From positions 248,001-312,000 of the forward strand of contig JBJFYX010000024.1 in assembly GCA_044892525.1 (NCBI GenBank): a stretch of DNA of 64,000 bases. Reading direction: 5' to 3'. The notes under the pieces are model-generated. The model made no database searches. It was not told where the DNA came from and saw nothing but the letters and a program-made list of their open reading frames with translations. Made by a program: the position numbers and the translations under genes. Below, piece by piece: positions 61,824 to 64,000 of the stretch. How positions within the stretch are numbered: position 1 is the first letter of the stretch; each line of letters starts with the position of its first letter. The stretch is from Schmidtea polychroa. Lineage: Eukaryota.

Positions 61824-62047
61824 TGCAGTTTTAACTCAATCTGGAACCATTCAGCCTCTACCGTTTTATATTCTAAAGTCCTGCACAGCAATCTTATCCG
61901 TAGTTATGCATGGGAATATGATTTGATTTTTATCTAGATATTGAGTGCAGTTTTGACCCAATCTGGAGCCATTCAGCCTTTACCATTCTATATTCGAAAA
62001 ACCCTACACCGCAATCTTATCTGTAGTGATGTGTGAAAATATGATTG
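61824..62047 (+). repeat. Two diverged tandem copies of an about 120-bp unit
   Basis: AGTGCAGTTTT.AC.CAATCTGGA.CCATTCAGCCT...GCAATCTTATC.GTAG repeated at about 61824 and about 61944. Confidence 0.8.
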
Positions 62048-63305
62048 GATCTTACATTAATAAATAAAGTTTATCTTTACTTCATTATGTAATATATGAG
62101 TTAATGTTCAAAAGAATTTGTATTGATATTTTATTTCATTTTTGATTTTTTGATTTTTACTTCATGTCATGTAGATATTTTAATCGTTTACTTTGTCTAG
62201 ATATTGTGATATTCTTAATTGTTCGTATTTAATTTTCTATGTGACGTTCAACGTAACACCTATTTGGATTATTTGAATCAATAAACACATTAACTAAATC
62301 ATCCAGATCAACCACTGGTTCTACAATATCTACTCCAGATAAATCTTCAAAATCTCCTACTTTGTTCCTCAAGTCAACTATCTGAGAGCTGTCGTTCTCC
62401 GGTGGGCTAAAAAGTGTTACCTTCAATTACATGTATACATTTTTCCCAATTAGCATTAAGTGTTGATTGATAAATACTGGAAGAACATTATTATAACATT
62501 CGTACTTTTTAGTGTATAATCTAGCAATTTTCAGTTACCAGCAGTTGAATAATTCACACTAATCATTTAGATAGCACATCCACATTAAAATTAATGTATT
62601 AAACTAAATGTAAGATCATATAGGTTAGAACTATAGGTAGTAATTTATTAATGAACAATAGCATATTTTCGCAAGTTGAGGCATGGGAATTAATGATAGT
62701 ACTCGTTTTAACGCTCATAAAATTACACCTATTGGAATTAGTTCGGGGTACTTTGATTTTTAACAATTTTAAGAGGGGGCCTCTTTATCCAATATTATTG
62801 ATAGTTTAGAGTTAATTACGATTATCAATTACAAGCTTTATAGTGTGATCATATTGAGTCTGGGGTTCTGCCCCGTTTAATGTCCTAGTGTTTTGTCGTA
62901 GTAAATGACTTTGAATATACGTTTAGATATGTTATTATTGCATGGAAAAGGTCAAATTAACAAAAATATTTTTGCTTACTTTTGTGGCCACACTGTTCTC
63001 ACTACGATAAGCCATATTGTTATGTAAATAATGCAGCTACAGCCGAACCAAAAACCCCGTTGTAACCGCAAATAAATCAATTTGAAACATAGTTATCACC
63101 AAATAAGTTGGTCACCACGAAGTATTTTTAAGCAGATACATTACACCGTATACACAGGGCAGTCAACCGCCACTCCGGGTTGGTAAATCATTTTACTTCT
63201 TGCCTTTGCAGGTCGTGGACCTCATACACTAATATAGATGCTAGATTGGTTGGGATCTTGTGTTGAAGTCGTCAACAACGGGGATCTCAATCGATCCCTC
63301 TAAAT

Positions 63306-63706
63306 CAGCGTTTCCCAAAGTGGGTTCCGCGGAACCCTGGAGTTCCATGGACTGATAGCAGGGGTTCCACGAACTTTTTGTAAATAAATAATTTATAAAA
63401 AATATATATATAAATAAAGATTAGTAAATAATTCTCTATTTTATTCGATCAAATTTAAAATTAGTTTTAATAATATTTGATAAAAAGGTAAGTTATTTTT
63501 TCAATTTTTGATAATAATCGTATGAGTATATTTTTATTATCGATAAATTTTGTGAATAGTTAACCCAAATTTTTGTGATGATATTATTTGCGATGACAAT
63601 ATTAATATTCCCAATATTAAAATTCTAAGATTTTTGTAAATAGGGTTCCGTCAAAAATTTGAAATCAAAAGGGTGCCGGTGTGAAAAAAAACTTTGGGAA
63701 ACGCTG
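63306..63706. mobile_element. 401-bp hAT (Buster/Charlie-type) MITE
   Basis: TIR CAGCGTTTCCCAAA / TTTGGGAAACGCTG; perfect 8-bp TSD CTCTAAAT (63298-63305 and 63707-63714). Confidence 0.95.
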
Positions 63707-64000
63707 CTCTAAATCATTGATAAATATTTGAAAATAAAATTTAAAAAAAATCATATTAAATCATATATTAATAAGAAATTCCTTACTTCTTTCAAAACGG
63801 TTCACAAAATCGATTCAACAAAATAGTGCAATCTCAGTAACAAAGTGATTCGCTTTTGGCAAAAAGAGTGAGTTTCACTTTTGACACAAGGAGTTTCGCT
63901 CTTGACAAAAAGAAGAAGTGTTACTAAAAGTGTGACTAAAATGCATCGGTATATATACCTTATTTTTGGTGTGCGAGTTTGTGTGTATGTATTAGTGTAG

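Overview
AT-rich eukaryotic (probably animal) genomic DNA with very short GT-AG introns (about 40-60 nt) and dense transposon content; it contains two assembly gaps and no rRNA, tRNA or CRISPR. The only clearly identifiable host gene is a multi-exon SETD1/Set1 H3K4 methyltransferase (minus, 41075-53651), whose 6.3-kb intron holds a Penelope remnant and two IS630/Tc1-type elements. The centre of the window is a three-level nest with both LTR-element target-site duplications intact. A Buster/Charlie-type hAT transposase is split by a Ty3/Gypsy element (18488-38067, TSD TATG), whose 5' LTR is split by a BEL/Pao element (19009-26719, TSD AAGTG). The BEL element appears to encode one reading frame that starts inside its LTR, crosses the PBS and contains a ubiquitin domain ending in Gly-Gly directly before Gag-Pol. 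The Gypsy element carries a chuvirus-like glycoprotein between Gag and protease, a divergent ubiquitin-like domain, an FN3-mucin-TM protein after integrase, and a DEDDh exonuclease-like third ORF that seems to have extended into the LTR. Left of the nest are decayed Polinton/Maverick-like genes: an A32-type packaging ATPase, with a nearby spliced Bcl-2 homolog and a TBP-like gene. All family assignments come from motif recognition by eye; no database search was run.
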